A stretch of 63,997 nucleotides of DNA, the filler included, from Octopus bimaculoides (taxonomy: Eukaryota), in NCBI RefSeq assembly GCF_001194135.2. It is 6 parts of 6 records of this genome, joined end to end, with 100 filler letters (N's around TTAATTAATTAA, not from the genome) between each part and the next. Parts side by side here need not be neighbours in the genome. Positions count along the whole stretch, not along the records: positions 62,916 to 63,997 come from NC_068982.1; 5 more parts are not named here. One strand, 5' to 3'. Below, in pieces: positions 63,969-63,997 of this stretch. Under the pieces are notes generated by a model. The model saw nothing but the letters and a program-made list of their open reading frames with translations, was not told the DNA's origin and did no database searches. How positions within the stretch are numbered: the first letter of the stretch is position 1; the number at the start of each line of letters is the position of its first letter. The position numbers and the translations under genes are program-made.

Positions 63969-63997
63969 GTATATATATATATGTATATATATATATA

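Overview
Eukaryotic, AT-rich, repeat-dense draft-assembly sequence with many N gaps. There is no intact host gene, rRNA, true tRNA or CRISPR array. The SINE types and microsatellite load look like an octopod cephalopod genome (inference). The ORF track is almost all noise from microsatellites and N gaps. Hand translation of the 'unique' AT-rich DNA between repeats shows a hidden pattern. At least six heavily decayed, essentially intronless, same-strand (minus) copies of a large E3-ligase gene are arranged head-to-tail across the window. Their motifs match the UBR3/N-recognin family in the correct domain order (by-eye comparison with remembered human UBR3 motifs; needs HMM/tBLASTn confirmation). 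The 24.8-31.7 kb interval is a chain of R4/Dong-like RLE LINE fragments and a ~550-bp non-coding element, each sitting in the (TAA)n tail of its neighbour. Also present: Penelope-like GIY-YIG fragments, several foldback elements (one with mirror-image hammerhead-ribozyme cores), a non-autonomous Helitron with both termini, a Ty3/Gypsy RT relic, a Tc1-like end, three tRNA-derived SINE families, and a pre-miRNA-like hairpin. Pseudogene and repeat boundaries are approximate.
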